Positions 15,714 through 25,423 are shown, counted from the first letter of the stretch. The stretch is DNA of 26,759 nucleotides from Gemmatimonadales bacterium (GCA_035700175.1 DASSOW010000216.1:1-26759), one strand, 5' to 3'. Translations and numbers: made by a program. The notes: generated by a model from the letters alone, not told the origin.

Positions 15714-17342
15714 GTGACCATGCCTGCTTCACCGATCGACCGCCGAAGCTTTGTCGCGACGACCGGAACCGTTGCGGCGGCCCTGGCGACGCCGGCCCTC
15801 CTGCGCACCCGCTGGCTCGACCATGACCTCATTATCCGCGGCGGCACCGTATTCGACGGCCTCGGCGGTGCCGGCATCGAACGCGATGTCGCCATCAGTG
15901 GCGGACGCATTGTGGCCATCGGCAAGGCCCTGTCCGGACGCGCAGCGCATGAGATCGACGCGCGCGGCCTGGCCGTCGCGCCCGGCTTTATCGACATGCA
16001 TTCCCATGTGGACGGATCGCTCCGCGCCGACTGGCGGGCCGAGTCGGCCATCCGCCAGGGTATCACGACGGTCATCGCCGGCCAGGATGGAAGCTCCCGG
16101 GCCACCGGAGCGGCGGACGACAGTTTCCGCGACATGTTCGCGGCGCTCGAGGCGCTGCATCCCGCCGTCAACGTGGCCTCGATGGTGGGTCTCGGTTCCA
16201 TCCGGGGCAAGGTGATCGGCGACGACGATCGCCCCGCCACGCCGGCAGAAATCGCGACCATGACGGCCATGGTCGAAGCCGCCCTGACGGACGGTGCCTG
16301 CGGTGCGTCCTCGGGTCTCGAGTATACGCCGGGGGGATTTGCCTCGCGGGAAGAATTGATTGCGCTCTGCCGGCCGCTGGCCTCGCGCAAGCTGCCCTAT
16401 GCCACGCACATGCGGAACGAGGACGACCATGTGCTCGAGGCGATCGACGAAGCGATCGCCGTGGCGGAGGGCGCCAGGTGCCCGCTGGAAATATCCCACC
16501 TCAAGACCCAGGGCCAGGCCAACTGGCACAAGCTCGACGACGCCTTCGCGCGCATTGCTGCTGCCAACAAGCGCGGGATGGACGTCGCCTTTGACCGCTA
16601 TCCCTATCTCGCCTACTCCACCGGCCTCACCAACCTCTTTCCCATCTGGAGTCGCGACGGCGGGACAGACGCATTCCTCGCTCGGCTGGATGATCCGGCC
16701 ACCGCGGCAAAGATCAAGGAAGCCACGCTGGCCAAGGTGGCAGGGCTGGGGGGATGGGACCACGTCGAGGTCACGTCGGTCCGCAATGACGCCGACCGCG
16801 CCGCGGAGGGACAGCGGCTTGGCAGCTACGCGCAATCAATCTCAGCCGATCCGTATGAGACGGCGATCGCCTTGCTCCGCCGCAGCAATGGCGGCGTGGG
16901 CATGGTCGGATTTGCCATGAGCGAGGAGAACCTGGAACGGATCCTCGCACATCCGCGTGCGACCGTCTGTACTGACGGCAGCGGCTTTGCCATCGATGGC
17001 CCCACCCGGCGCGGCAGCCCGCATCCGCGCGGCATCGGGAGCTGCGCCCGGGTGCTGGGCTACTACGTGCGTGAGCGGAAGGCACTCACGCTGCCGGATG
17101 CCATCGCCAAGATGTCCTCCCACGTGGCCCGCCGGCTGCACCTGAACAGGCGTGGGCAGCTGGCCAAGGGCTTCGCAGCCGACGTCGTGGTCTTTGACCC
17201 CGCCACGGTCGCCGACGTGGCGACGTACGAGAATCCATTCCAGTATCCCGTGGGCGTGCACGCGGTGGTGGTCAACGGCGCCGTGGCGCTGGAAGGCGGG
17301 GAGCGGCAGGGGATGGGGCAGGGGAGGGCATTGCAGTCATGA
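15714..17342 (+). CDS. N-acyl-D-amino-acid deacylase (D-aminoacylase) family amidohydrolase with Tat signal
   Basis: DRRSFV twin-arginine motif; VAPGFIDMHSH, GLEYTPG, HMRNE, ISHLK, PHPRG, ADVVVFDP; start may be ATG 15720. Confidence 0.88.
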   Translation: MTMPASPIDRRSFVATTGTVAAALATPALLRTRWLDHDLIIRGGTVFDGLGGAGIERDVAISGGRIVAIGKALSGRAAHEIDARGLAVAPGFIDMHSHVDGSLRADWRAESAIRQGITTVIAGQDGSSRATGAADDSFRDMFAALEALHPAVNVASMVGLGSIRGKVIGDDDRPATPAEIATMTAMVEAALTDGACGASSGLEYTPGGFASREELIALCRPLASRKLPYATHMRNEDDHVLEAIDEAIAVAEGARCPLEISHLKTQGQANWHKLDDAFARIAAANKRGMDVAFDRYPYLAYSTGLTNLFPIWSRDGGTDAFLARLDDPATAAKIKEATLAKVAGLGGWDHVEVTSVRNDADRAAEGQRLGSYAQSISADPYETAIALLRRSNGGVGMVGFAMSEENLERILAHPRATVCTDGSGFAIDGPTRRGSPHPRGIGSCARVLGYYVRERKALTLPDAIAKMSSHVARRLHLNRRGQLAKGFAADVVVFDPATVADVATYENPFQYPVGVHAVVVNGAVALEGGERQGMGQGRALQS

Positions 17343-17396
17343 GTCGTACGTCTTAAGTCAGAGGTCCTATGACATACGACTTACCACTTACGACAA
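17334..17396. repeat. Abutting inverted degenerate heptamer arrays NNGTCNN x5 / NNGACNN-type x4
   Basis: CAGTCAT GAGTCGT ACGTCTT AAGTCAG AGGTCCT | ATGACAT ACGACTT ACCACTT ACGACAA; includes the upstream TGA stop. Confidence 0.75.
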
Positions 17397-17410
17397 AATC
17401 GTATACAATA
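17397..17410 (+). promoter_or_regulatory. GntR/FadR-type operator AATCGTATACAATA (HypR-like) overlapping a candidate -10 TACAAT
   Basis: Imperfect palindrome around GTATAC at the head of the hydroxyproline operon, which encodes a GntR/FCD regulator. Confidence 0.7.
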
Positions 17411-17434
17411 TCCGAACTCGAACCGGAGACGCGC

Positions 17435-18745
17435 ATGCGCATGGATCGCCGAGGATTTGCCGGACTGGCCGCAGGGATGGTTGGGGCACTGGCGCTCACG
17501 CCGGGCGAGGCGGCCCGCCGAGCGGCGGAGGGGCCGATCCGCCAGGACCTGGAGCCGCCATGCGAGGAGCTTCCCGCGCCCATCGCCGCCCTCAAGCCCA
17601 TGACCGAGGGTATCCGGCCCATCACCGACGATGAGCGGCACCAGCGCATCGCCCGGGCCCAGGAGCTGATGAATCAGCAGGGGATCGGCGGCATTGTGAT
17701 CGAGCCGGGCAGCAGCCTGTACTACTTCACCGGGATGCGGTGGGGGCTCTCGGAGCGGCCATTCGTCGGCGTCATCCCGGCCAAGGGAGACCTCGCCTGG
17801 GTCTGCCCGGCGTTCGAGGAAGAGCGTGCTCGCGAGCTGATCCGCTTCGGCAACGATGTGCGCACCTGGGAAGAGGATGCCAGTCCCTACCGGGTCATCG
17901 CCGGCATCCTCCGTGACCGGGGCGCCGGCACCGGGAAGATCGGTGTTGAGGAGCGGGTGCGTTTCTTCGTGATGGACGGCGTGCGGCAGGAGATGCCCGG
18001 TGCCACTTTCGTGAGTGGTACCCCGATCTCGGCCGGCTGCCGGATGTACAAGTCGCAGGCCGAGATCGCACTGATGCAGCGGGCCAATGACATCACCGTG
18101 GCCGGCATGAAGGCGGCCTTCGCCACACTGAAGGAAGGCATGACGCCGCGCGAGTTCGGCAACAACGCCGAGGCGGCCTTCCAGAAACTGGGTGGCACGA
18201 GCACGTGGGCGCTGGTGGGTTTTGGCGAGTACACCGCCTTCCCCCACGGCAGCATCCATCCGCAGCAGCTCAAGGAAGGCGACGTCGTGCTGCTGGACGC
18301 CGGTTGCGCGGTGCAGAACTATCAGTCGGACATCACCCGCACCACGGTGTTCGGCAAGCCGACCGCTCGCCAGACCCAGATCTGGAACCTCGAACGGAAA
18401 GCCCAGGATGCCGCGTTTGCCGCGGCCAGGCTGGGCGCGCCGTGCGGCTCGGTGGACGACGCGGCCCGCAAGGTCATCACCGACGCCGGATTCGGCCCGG
18501 ACTACAAGGTGCCGGGCCTGCCGCATCGCACAGGCCACGGCATCGGGCTCGATGGCCACGAGTGGACCAACTTCGTCCGCGGCAATAACACAAAGCTTGC
18601 GCCGGGCATGTGCTTCAGCGACGAGCCCACTATTGCCATCTATGGCGAGTTCGGCATCCGGCTGGAGGACTGCCTCCACATGACCGAGCAGGGGCCAAAG
18701 TTCTTCTCGGAACAGGCTCCGGCGGTGGACCGCCCGTTCGCGTGA
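17435..18745 (+). CDS. Xaa-Pro peptidase (M24B) with Tat signal
   Basis: MDRRGF twin-arginine motif; AFPHG, LLDAG, YQSDITRT, HRTGHGIGLDGHE, SDEP, GIRLED; GGAG RBS before ATG 17435. Confidence 0.92.
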   Translation: MRMDRRGFAGLAAGMVGALALTPGEAARRAAEGPIRQDLEPPCEELPAPIAALKPMTEGIRPITDDERHQRIARAQELMNQQGIGGIVIEPGSSLYYFTGMRWGLSERPFVGVIPAKGDLAWVCPAFEEERARELIRFGNDVRTWEEDASPYRVIAGILRDRGAGTGKIGVEERVRFFVMDGVRQEMPGATFVSGTPISAGCRMYKSQAEIALMQRANDITVAGMKAAFATLKEGMTPREFGNNAEAAFQKLGGTSTWALVGFGEYTAFPHGSIHPQQLKEGDVVLLDAGCAVQNYQSDITRTTVFGKPTARQTQIWNLERKAQDAAFAAARLGAPCGSVDDAARKVITDAGFGPDYKVPGLPHRTGHGIGLDGHEWTNFVRGNNTKLAPGMCFSDEPTIAIYGEFGIRLEDCLHMTEQGPKFFSEQAPAVDRPFA

Positions 18746-19455
18746 TCGCCCGTCCTCGCCTCATGGCGCCGGTGGCGCGCCGCACCGTGGCAGATCTGGC
18801 GGCCGAGGCGTTGCGTGACCTGATCCTGCGCGGCGACCTGGCCGAGGGTGCGCCGGTGCGTCAGGATGCGGTGGCGCTGGAGCTGGGCGTGAGCCGCATT
18901 CCCGTGCGTGAAGCGCTGCGACGGCTCGAGGCAGAGGGGCTGGTGGAATTCAGCCCGCACTGCGGTGCGGTGGTGTCCTCGCTCTCGCTGGAGGAGATAG
19001 CCGAGCTCTTTGACCTGCGGGCGATGATCGAGTCGTCGCTGATGCGACGGGCGGTGCCCCGCATGACGCGAGCGGATCTTCGGCACGCGTCCGACGTGCT
19101 GGCCCGTTACGACGAGGCCTTTCGCGAGCGGCGCGTGCGTGAGTGGGCCGAGCTCAACTGGGAATTTCACTCGACGCTCCTCGCGCCTGCGGGCCGCGAT
19201 CGCACCCTGGCGCTGGTGCAGAACCTTCATCACCAGAGTGAGCGTTACATGCGCATGCAATTGGCGCTCACCGGTGGTGAGTCGCGCGCCCACGCCGAGC
19301 ATCGCGGCATTCTCGCCGCCGTGCGCGACGGTGACAGCGCGGCAGCGGCTCGGCTGGCGGCCCGGCACATCCGCGCCGCGGGCCGCCAGCTCACCGTGTT
19401 TCTTGGCCGCCATCGCGCGGCAGCAGAGGCCCACAAGGGAAGGCAGCAGGCATGA
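18742..19455 (+). CDS. GntR family transcriptional regulator (FCD domain), probable HypR-like hydroxyproline regulator
   Basis: LGVSRIPVREALRRLEAEGLV HTH, NWEFH, EHRGIL; GTGA overlap (alternative ATG 18763). Confidence 0.9.
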   Translation: MIARPRLMAPVARRTVADLAAEALRDLILRGDLAEGAPVRQDAVALELGVSRIPVREALRRLEAEGLVEFSPHCGAVVSSLSLEEIAELFDLRAMIESSLMRRAVPRMTRADLRHASDVLARYDEAFRERRVREWAELNWEFHSTLLAPAGRDRTLALVQNLHHQSERYMRMQLALTGGESRAHAEHRGILAAVRDGDSAAAARLAARHIRAAGRQLTVFLGRHRAAAEAHKGRQQA

Positions 19456-20897
19456 CCGCAACGGTACTCCAGAATCACGTAGCCGGATCGCTCCGCCGGG
19501 GATCCGGCGACTCATTCATAACAGATCACAACCCGTCCGACCGGGACGACGTCATCGGCCAAGTACCGGCGGGGGCAGCGGAGGACGTACGCCAGGCCGT
19601 GGACGTCGCACAGTCGGCCCTCGAGAGCTGGCGCGCGCTGCCGGGGCCTGGCCGCGCAGAACACCTGTACCGCTGGGCCGCGCTGATCGAGCAGGAGCGC
19701 GAGACGCTGGCCCAGGCGGTTGCACGGGAAGTTGGCAAGCCGATCGGCGAGGCGCGCGGTGAAGTGGGCCGCTGTGCCGTGATCCTGCGCTATTACGCTG
19801 GCGACGCGGTGCGCGCGGTCGGCGAAGTCGTGCCGGCCCAGGCGGCCGGCGCCCTTCAGTTCACCCTGCGCGATCCCCTCGGCGTCTGCGGGCTCATCAC
19901 GCCGTGGAATTTTCCTGTCGCGATTCCACTCTGGAAGGCGGCACCCGCGCTCGCTTTCGGCAATACCGTCGTGCTCAAGCCCGCCGAGCAGGCGTCGCAG
20001 GTGGCCATCATGCTGGCGGAGAGCGCCATCAAGGCGGGACTGCCGGCCGGCGTGTTCAACGTCGTGCTGGGCAGCGGAACGACCGTCGGCGCCGCGCTGC
20101 TCGACGCCGAAGGGGTCCGCGCCGTGAGCTTTACCGGCTCGACGGGCGTCGGCGCCCAGGTGGCGGCCCGCTGTGCCGCACGCAACATCCGCTTCCAGAC
20201 CGAGATGGGCGGGAAGAACGTCGCCATCGTCCTCGCTGACGGCAACCTGGATCTCGCGGCCCGGCTCACCGCGGCCGGTGCCATGCGCTATGCCGGCCAG
20301 AAGTGCACGGCCACCAGCCGGGTCATCGTGGAGGCGAGCGTCTTCGAGCCTTTCATGCAGCGGCTCCGGCAGGAAGTCGAGAAGCTGCCGCTCGGACCGG
20401 TTACGGATGCGGCCTCCGCTGTTGGCCCGCTCATCACCGCTGAGGCACGGGATCGCGTGCGCGCAGCCATCGCCGCGATGGAGGGCCAGGTCGTCGTGGG
20501 CGGCGACGCTCCCGGCGACGCACCGCTGGCGCGCGGCAATTTCCTGCGCCCTGCCATCGTCACCGATGTCTCGCCCGATTCTGCCATGGCGCAGGACGAG
20601 CTGTTCGGTCCGGTGCTCGCCGCCTTCGCGGCCCGGGACGTGGACGAGGCCATCCGGCTCGCCAACCATACGCGCTACGGCCTCAGTGCCTCGCTCTTCA
20701 CCACCAGCATCGGCGCCGCGCTGGAGTATATCCGCCGGATCGAGGTCGGACTGGTGAGGGTCAACGGCGACACCACTGGTGTGGACCCGCACGCGCCTTT
20801 CGGCGGCGTCAAGGCGTCGAGCTCGGGAAGCAGGGAGCAGGGCAGCGCCGCACGCGAGTTCTACACCGAGATCCGCACCGTGCAGGTGGCTGGGTGA
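19452..20897 (+). CDS. Aldehyde dehydrogenase, probable alpha-ketoglutaric semialdehyde dehydrogenase
   Basis: ITPWNFP, SFTGS, EMGGKN, GQKCTA, ELFGP, PFGG motifs; substrate inferred from operon context. Confidence 0.85.
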   Translation: MTATVLQNHVAGSLRRGSGDSFITDHNPSDRDDVIGQVPAGAAEDVRQAVDVAQSALESWRALPGPGRAEHLYRWAALIEQERETLAQAVAREVGKPIGEARGEVGRCAVILRYYAGDAVRAVGEVVPAQAAGALQFTLRDPLGVCGLITPWNFPVAIPLWKAAPALAFGNTVVLKPAEQASQVAIMLAESAIKAGLPAGVFNVVLGSGTTVGAALLDAEGVRAVSFTGSTGVGAQVAARCAARNIRFQTEMGGKNVAIVLADGNLDLAARLTAAGAMRYAGQKCTATSRVIVEASVFEPFMQRLRQEVEKLPLGPVTDAASAVGPLITAEARDRVRAAIAAMEGQVVVGGDAPGDAPLARGNFLRPAIVTDVSPDSAMAQDELFGPVLAAFAARDVDEAIRLANHTRYGLSASLFTTSIGAALEYIRRIEVGLVRVNGDTTGVDPHAPFGGVKASSSGSREQGSAAREFYTEIRTVQVAG

Positions 20898-21847
20898 ACG
20901 CGTTCCCCGCCGCCATTCGCGTGGTAGACTCGCATACCGAGGGCGAGCCCACGCGCGTGGTGATCGAAGGCTGGCCCTCCCTCGCGGGCCGGACGATGGC
21001 GGAGCGGCGGGACGCGCTGGTCCGGCAGCATGACCAGCTCCGGAGCGCGGTGGTGTGCGAGCCACGCGGGCACGATGCGATGGTAGGCGCACTGCTGACG
21101 CCGCCTGAGCGTCCGGATTCCGCCGCCGGCGTGATCTTCTTCAACAATGTTGGCTGTCTCGGCATGTGCGGACATGGCACCATTGGCGTCGTGCGTACGC
21201 TGCAGTGGCTTGGGCGTCTTGGCACCGGTCAGGTCCGGCTCGACACGCCCGCTGGCACGGTGGAGGCCAGGCTCGAAGCCGACGGGCTGGTGACGATCAC
21301 CAATGTCCCCTGCCGGGTGCACGCGCTGGACCAGTCGGTTGACGTGCCGGGGCTGGGCCGTGTGACCGGCGACATCGCCTATGGCGGCAACTGGTTCTTC
21401 ATCATCCACACTGATGAACCGCTCACGCTCGCGCGTGTGGGCGAGCTGACCCAGCGCACCGAGGCGATCATGGCCTCGCTCGATGCACGAGGGATCACGG
21501 GTGCCGGCGGCGCGCGCATCGACCACATCGAGCTCTCAGGGCCGGCTGCAGGCCCCGATGCTGACAGCCGCAACTTTGTGCTCTGTCCCGGCGGCGCGTA
21601 TGACCGCTCGCCGTGCGGAACGGGAACATCGGCACGCATGGCGGTACTGCACGCGCGCGGACTGCTCAAGCCCGGTGAGCGCTGGCGGCAGGAAAGCATC
21701 ACCGGCAGTCGTTTCACCGGCTGGCTGGAGGAGTGCGATGGCGCGCTCATCCCTCACATCCAGGGGCGCGCCTGGGTCACGGGTGACGTAACACTCGCGT
21801 TCTCCCCTGACGATCCCTTCCGGGCAGGGTTCACGGCGGCACGGTGA
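20894..21847 (+). CDS. 4-hydroxyproline 2-epimerase (proline racemase family)
   Basis: DSHTEGEPTR, EPRGH, GMCGHG and DRSPCGTG two-Cys catalytic motifs, YGGNWF. Confidence 0.9.
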   Translation: MNAFPAAIRVVDSHTEGEPTRVVIEGWPSLAGRTMAERRDALVRQHDQLRSAVVCEPRGHDAMVGALLTPPERPDSAAGVIFFNNVGCLGMCGHGTIGVVRTLQWLGRLGTGQVRLDTPAGTVEARLEADGLVTITNVPCRVHALDQSVDVPGLGRVTGDIAYGGNWFFIIHTDEPLTLARVGELTQRTEAIMASLDARGITGAGGARIDHIELSGPAAGPDADSRNFVLCPGGAYDRSPCGTGTSARMAVLHARGLLKPGERWRQESITGSRFTGWLEECDGALIPHIQGRAWVTGDVTLAFSPDDPFRAGFTAAR

Positions 21848-22974
21848 GTCGCCAGCCGGATCTCATCATCGTCGGCGCCGGCGTGGTCGGTGCTGCGTGC
21901 GCCATGTACGCCGCGGAGGCCGGGCTTCGCGTCCTCGTGCTCGAGCGTGGCCGTCCGGCCGGCGGGGTGACCTCGGCCGGTATGGGCCACATCGTGGCAA
22001 TGGATGACTCGCCGGCACAACTCGCGCTGACGTCGTACTCTCGAGGCCTGCTCGCCCGGCTCGCGACGGAGCTGCCCCCAGCCGTTGAATATGAATCGTG
22101 CGGCACCATCTGGGTGGCGGCTACGCCCGACGAGGTCGCGGCCGCACGTGCCAAGTGCGCGCTCTACCACGAGCACGGTGTCGGGGCGGAGCTGCTCGAC
22201 GCAGCTTCGTTGAGAAGCGCCGAGCCCCACCTCCGTCAGGGTCTCGCCGGCGGCCTGCTGGTGCCTGACGACGCCGTGCTTTACCAGCCGGCCTTCACGC
22301 GCTGGCTGCTCGATCGGGCGCAACAGGCTGGTGCCACCCTCCAAAGCGGCGTTACGGTGCGCGTGCTCAGCCGGTACGGCGTGCAGACCAGCGCCGGGCC
22401 CATCGCATCGGGCGCCACGCTCATCGCCACCGGCACTGACACCTGCGAGCTGCTGCCCGGTCTGCCCATCATTCCACGCAAGGGGCACCTCGCCGTCACC
22501 GCTCGTGTACCCGGCATGGCGCGGCACCAGCTGGTCGAGCTCGGTTATCTCCAGAGTGCGCATGCCATGACCGCGTCGTCGGTGGCGTTCAATGTCCAGC
22601 CGAGACGCACCGGCCAACTGCTCATCGGATCTTCACGTGAGCTCGTGGGGCCGGATCGCAGTATCAACCATGACATCCTTGGCCAGATGCTCACGCGGGC
22701 AGTGTCGTTCATGCCCGCAATTGCAGGCGTTGACGTGCTTCGGGTCTGGACCGGATTGCGCCCGGCGACGCCCGACGGGCTTCCGTTCATCGGCCGCACG
22801 GCCGAGCGCGACGGCGTATGGGTCGCGGCGGGACACGAGGGCCTTGGCATTACAACTTCCCTCGGCACAGGTGCCATTGCCGCCGCCCTTCTTACTGGCG
22901 CCGACCCTCCCATCGACGCCGCGCCGTTCAGCCCCGATCGCAGTGCCGAGCCGGCGGGCGCCTCGCATGGCTGA
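21844..22974 (+). CDS. FAD-dependent oxidoreductase, probable D-hydroxyproline dehydrogenase beta subunit
   Basis: IVGAGVVG, TSAGMGH, PRKGHL, SVAFNVQPR, GLRPATPDG, GHEGLGIT; operon context. Confidence 0.82.
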   Translation: MSRQPDLIIVGAGVVGAACAMYAAEAGLRVLVLERGRPAGGVTSAGMGHIVAMDDSPAQLALTSYSRGLLARLATELPPAVEYESCGTIWVAATPDEVAAARAKCALYHEHGVGAELLDAASLRSAEPHLRQGLAGGLLVPDDAVLYQPAFTRWLLDRAQQAGATLQSGVTVRVLSRYGVQTSAGPIASGATLIATGTDTCELLPGLPIIPRKGHLAVTARVPGMARHQLVELGYLQSAHAMTASSVAFNVQPRRTGQLLIGSSRELVGPDRSINHDILGQMLTRAVSFMPAIAGVDVLRVWTGLRPATPDGLPFIGRTAERDGVWVAAGHEGLGITTSLGTGAIAAALLTGADPPIDAAPFSPDRSAEPAGASHG

Positions 22975-23215
22975 ACCAATTGTCATCCTGGTGGACGGTG
23001 TGCCGTATGAGGCCGAGCCGGGGCAGACGGTCGCGGCGGTGCTGCTGTCGCAGCGGCGCTGGCAGTTCGGCTGCTCGCCCGCAGGGAGACCACGTGGACC
23101 GCTGTGCGGCATGGGCACCTGCTTCGAGTGCGCGGTGGCCATCGATGGCATTCCCAACGTGCGCGCCTGTCTCGAGCCCGTTCGGAACGGCATGCAGGTG
23201 GTGACCGGTGCGTGA
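22967..23215 (+). CDS. (2Fe-2S)-binding protein, probable D-hydroxyproline dehydrogenase gamma subunit
   Basis: RGPLCGMGTCFECAVAIDG...RAC motif; 82 aa from ATG 22967. Confidence 0.85.
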   Translation: MAEPIVILVDGVPYEAEPGQTVAAVLLSQRRWQFGCSPAGRPRGPLCGMGTCFECAVAIDGIPNVRACLEPVRNGMQVVTGA

Positions 23216-24482
23216 GCGCGCCGACGTGGTGGTGATCGGCGCCGGGCCCGCCGGCATCGCGGCGGCGTGCGGTGCAGCGCCGGTGCGGCGGGTCGTGATG
23301 CTGGATGGCGCACCTGGCACCGGCGGACAGATCTGGCGGCATCGTACCCGGGCAACGCTCGGCCGGACCGCACGACGGTGGCTGGCGCGGCTGGACCGGA
23401 GCGGCGTGGAGTTCCGCGGCGGCGTGTCGGTGACTGAAGTCGGGCGCGGCAGGATCGGCTGGACTTCGCGTCGGGGACACGGAGTCATCGACGCCGAGAC
23501 CATCGTGCTGGCCACCGGTGCGCGGGAGCACTACCTGCCGTTTCCCGGGTGGACCCTGCCGGGAGTGATGGGCGTCGGGGGACTGCAGGCGTTCATCAAG
23601 AATGGAATGTCGGTGAGCGGCCTCCGCATTGTCCTGGCGGGGAGTGGCCCGCTGTTGCTGCCGGTGGCCGCTGCATGCGTCGAGGCCGGGGCGGAGGTGG
23701 TGTGTATCGTGGAGCAGGCACCGGCACGGCAGCTGGTGCGTTTCGGCGCGGGCCTCTGGCGTCATCCATGGAAGATCGTCGAGGCAGCGCGGTACCGACT
23801 GCAATCGTTGAATGTGCCCTTGTACACCGGAAGCTGGGTCCAGCAGGTCACGTCGTCTGCGGGGCAGCTGGTGGTGGAGCGCGCGGCCTCGGGTGACGTG
23901 GAGCGGATCAGGTGCGATATCCTCGCTGCCGGATTTGGCCTGGTTCCCAACACGGAGCTGGCGCAACTCGCCGGCTGCGCTGTGGAGGATGGACGTGTCC
24001 GGGTCAATGAGCGGCAGGAAACATCGGTGCCAGGCATCCTGGCCGCGGGCGAAACCACCGGGATCGCCGGGGCCGATGCTGCCCTGGTCGAGGGTCGCAT
24101 CGCCGGCAGCATGGCCGCCGGTCGCGCCGCGAGCGAGGAGCTACCTCTTGCGAGGCGGGCTGGCCAGCAGCAATTCGCCGCCGCGCTGCAGCGTGATTTC
24201 GCGCTTCGGCGTGAGCTGCTCTCGCTGGCGAGCCCGGAGACCATCATCTGTCGTTGCGAGGACGTACGACGTTCGGCGCTCGACGCCAGTTGGGATGCGC
24301 GGCATGCCAAGCTGATGACGCGGGCGGGCATGGGGCCCTGCCAGGGGCGAGTCTGCGCGCCAGCCATGGCGGCGCTGTTCGGCTGGGATTTCCCTGCGGT
24401 ACGGCTGCCGGCCCTGCCGGCATCCGTGGCCGCGCTGTGCGATCACTGTGCGACCATAACTCACGTGGAGGCTGGAGCCTGA
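23208..24482 (+). CDS. FAD/NAD(P)-binding oxidoreductase with C-terminal BFD-like 2Fe-2S motif, probable D-hydroxyproline dehydrogenase alpha subunit
   Basis: IGAGPAG, LATGARE, PFPGWTLPGV, CRCEDV, RAGMGPCQGRVC motifs. Confidence 0.82.
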   Translation: MRERADVVVIGAGPAGIAAACGAAPVRRVVMLDGAPGTGGQIWRHRTRATLGRTARRWLARLDRSGVEFRGGVSVTEVGRGRIGWTSRRGHGVIDAETIVLATGAREHYLPFPGWTLPGVMGVGGLQAFIKNGMSVSGLRIVLAGSGPLLLPVAAACVEAGAEVVCIVEQAPARQLVRFGAGLWRHPWKIVEAARYRLQSLNVPLYTGSWVQQVTSSAGQLVVERAASGDVERIRCDILAAGFGLVPNTELAQLAGCAVEDGRVRVNERQETSVPGILAAGETTGIAGADAALVEGRIAGSMAAGRAASEELPLARRAGQQQFAAALQRDFALRRELLSLASPETIICRCEDVRRSALDASWDARHAKLMTRAGMGPCQGRVCAPAMAALFGWDFPAVRLPALPASVAALCDHCATITHVEAGA

Positions 24483-25393
24483 TGCAGCGAGCCGACTGGG
24501 CTGGTGTTTTTCCCGCGACAACGACGGCGTTCCTTCCCGACGGATCGGTGGATGAAGCGCACGTCGCCGCGCATGTTGAATGGCTGCTGTCGGCCGGGTG
24601 CACCGGTGTGGTCCCGCTCGGGTCGCTGGGCGAGGGCGCAACGCTGAGCTTCGCCGAGAAAGTCCGGATCATCCAGATCACCGTGGTCGCAGCGGGCAGC
24701 ATGCCGGTAGTGCCGGGGATCAGCGGCCTCTCGACCGACGAGTGCGTCGCGCTGGCGCGCGCGGCGGCGGGTGCCGGCGCCAGCGGGCTCATGGTGCTTC
24801 CGCCCTATGTCTATCGCGGCGATGCCCGCGAAACTGATGCGCACTTTGCCGCAGTGCTGAGTGCCACTCGCCTGCCGGCCATGCTCTATAACAATCCCAT
24901 CGCCTACGGCACCGACCTGCTCGCCGCCGACGTCGCCCGCCTGGCGGACCGGTTTCCGCAGGTGCAGGCGGTCAAGGAATCGAGCGGCGACGTGCGACGG
25001 GTGACCGCGCTCCGGGAGCGGCTGGGTGATCGGCTGGCGCTCTTCGCCGGGCTGGATGACATGATCGTCGAAGCATGTGCCGCTGGCGGCGATGGCTGGG
25101 TGGCCGGGCTTGTGAATGCCCTGCCAGTGGAATCGGTGGAACTCTTCCGCCTGGCGCACGCTGGCCAGCGTGACGAAGCACGAACGCTCTATGAGTGGTT
25201 CCTGCCGCTGCTGCGGCTCGACACGGTGCCCAAGTTCGTGCAGCTGATCAAGCTGGCGCAACGCGAGACCGGGCGCGGGTCGGAGGCGGTGCGTCCGCCC
25301 CGACTGCCGCTGGAGGGCTCCGAACGGGACGAGGCGCTGCGGACAGTCCGGGCCGTGCTGGCGGCCCGTCCGGCGCTGAGCGCTGAGCGCTGA
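24482..25393 (+). CDS. DHDPS-family protein, probable delta1-pyrroline-4-hydroxy-2-carboxylate deaminase
   Basis: FPATTT, GSLGE, YNNP, KESSGD, PLLRLDTVPKFVQLIK; TGATG overlap; operon context. Confidence 0.85.
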   Translation: MQRADWAGVFPATTTAFLPDGSVDEAHVAAHVEWLLSAGCTGVVPLGSLGEGATLSFAEKVRIIQITVVAAGSMPVVPGISGLSTDECVALARAAAGAGASGLMVLPPYVYRGDARETDAHFAAVLSATRLPAMLYNNPIAYGTDLLAADVARLADRFPQVQAVKESSGDVRRVTALRERLGDRLALFAGLDDMIVEACAAGGDGWVAGLVNALPVESVELFRLAHAGQRDEARTLYEWFLPLLRLDTVPKFVQLIKLAQRETGRGSEAVRPPRLPLEGSERDEALRTVRAVLAARPALSAER

Positions 25394-25423
25394 GCCGTTA
25401 GCGCCGAGGGTGACCGCGGTCAC
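25373..25423. repeat. Heptamer array GCGCTGA x3 plus 2 degenerate units, followed by a 14-bp palindrome GTGACCGCGGTCAC (25410-25423)
   Basis: Read directly; third unit supplies the operon's final TGA. Confidence 0.75.

Noticed and set aside
14325..21092. Long antisense or alternate-frame ORFs (e.g. 14325..15272, 15729..16835, 17381..18679, 19512..21092)
   Set aside because: Shadow ORFs expected in high-GC DNA; they overlap well-supported genes and lack motifs.
21844..24482. Hydrogen cyanide synthase HcnABC or opine/sarcosine oxidase
   Set aside because: Homologous architecture, but position between a Hyp epimerase and a GSLGE-type deaminase fits D-hydroxyproline dehydrogenase better.
24482..25393. 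dapA (true dihydrodipicolinate synthase)
   Set aside because: Has GSLGE rather than GTTGE and lies in a catabolic operon.
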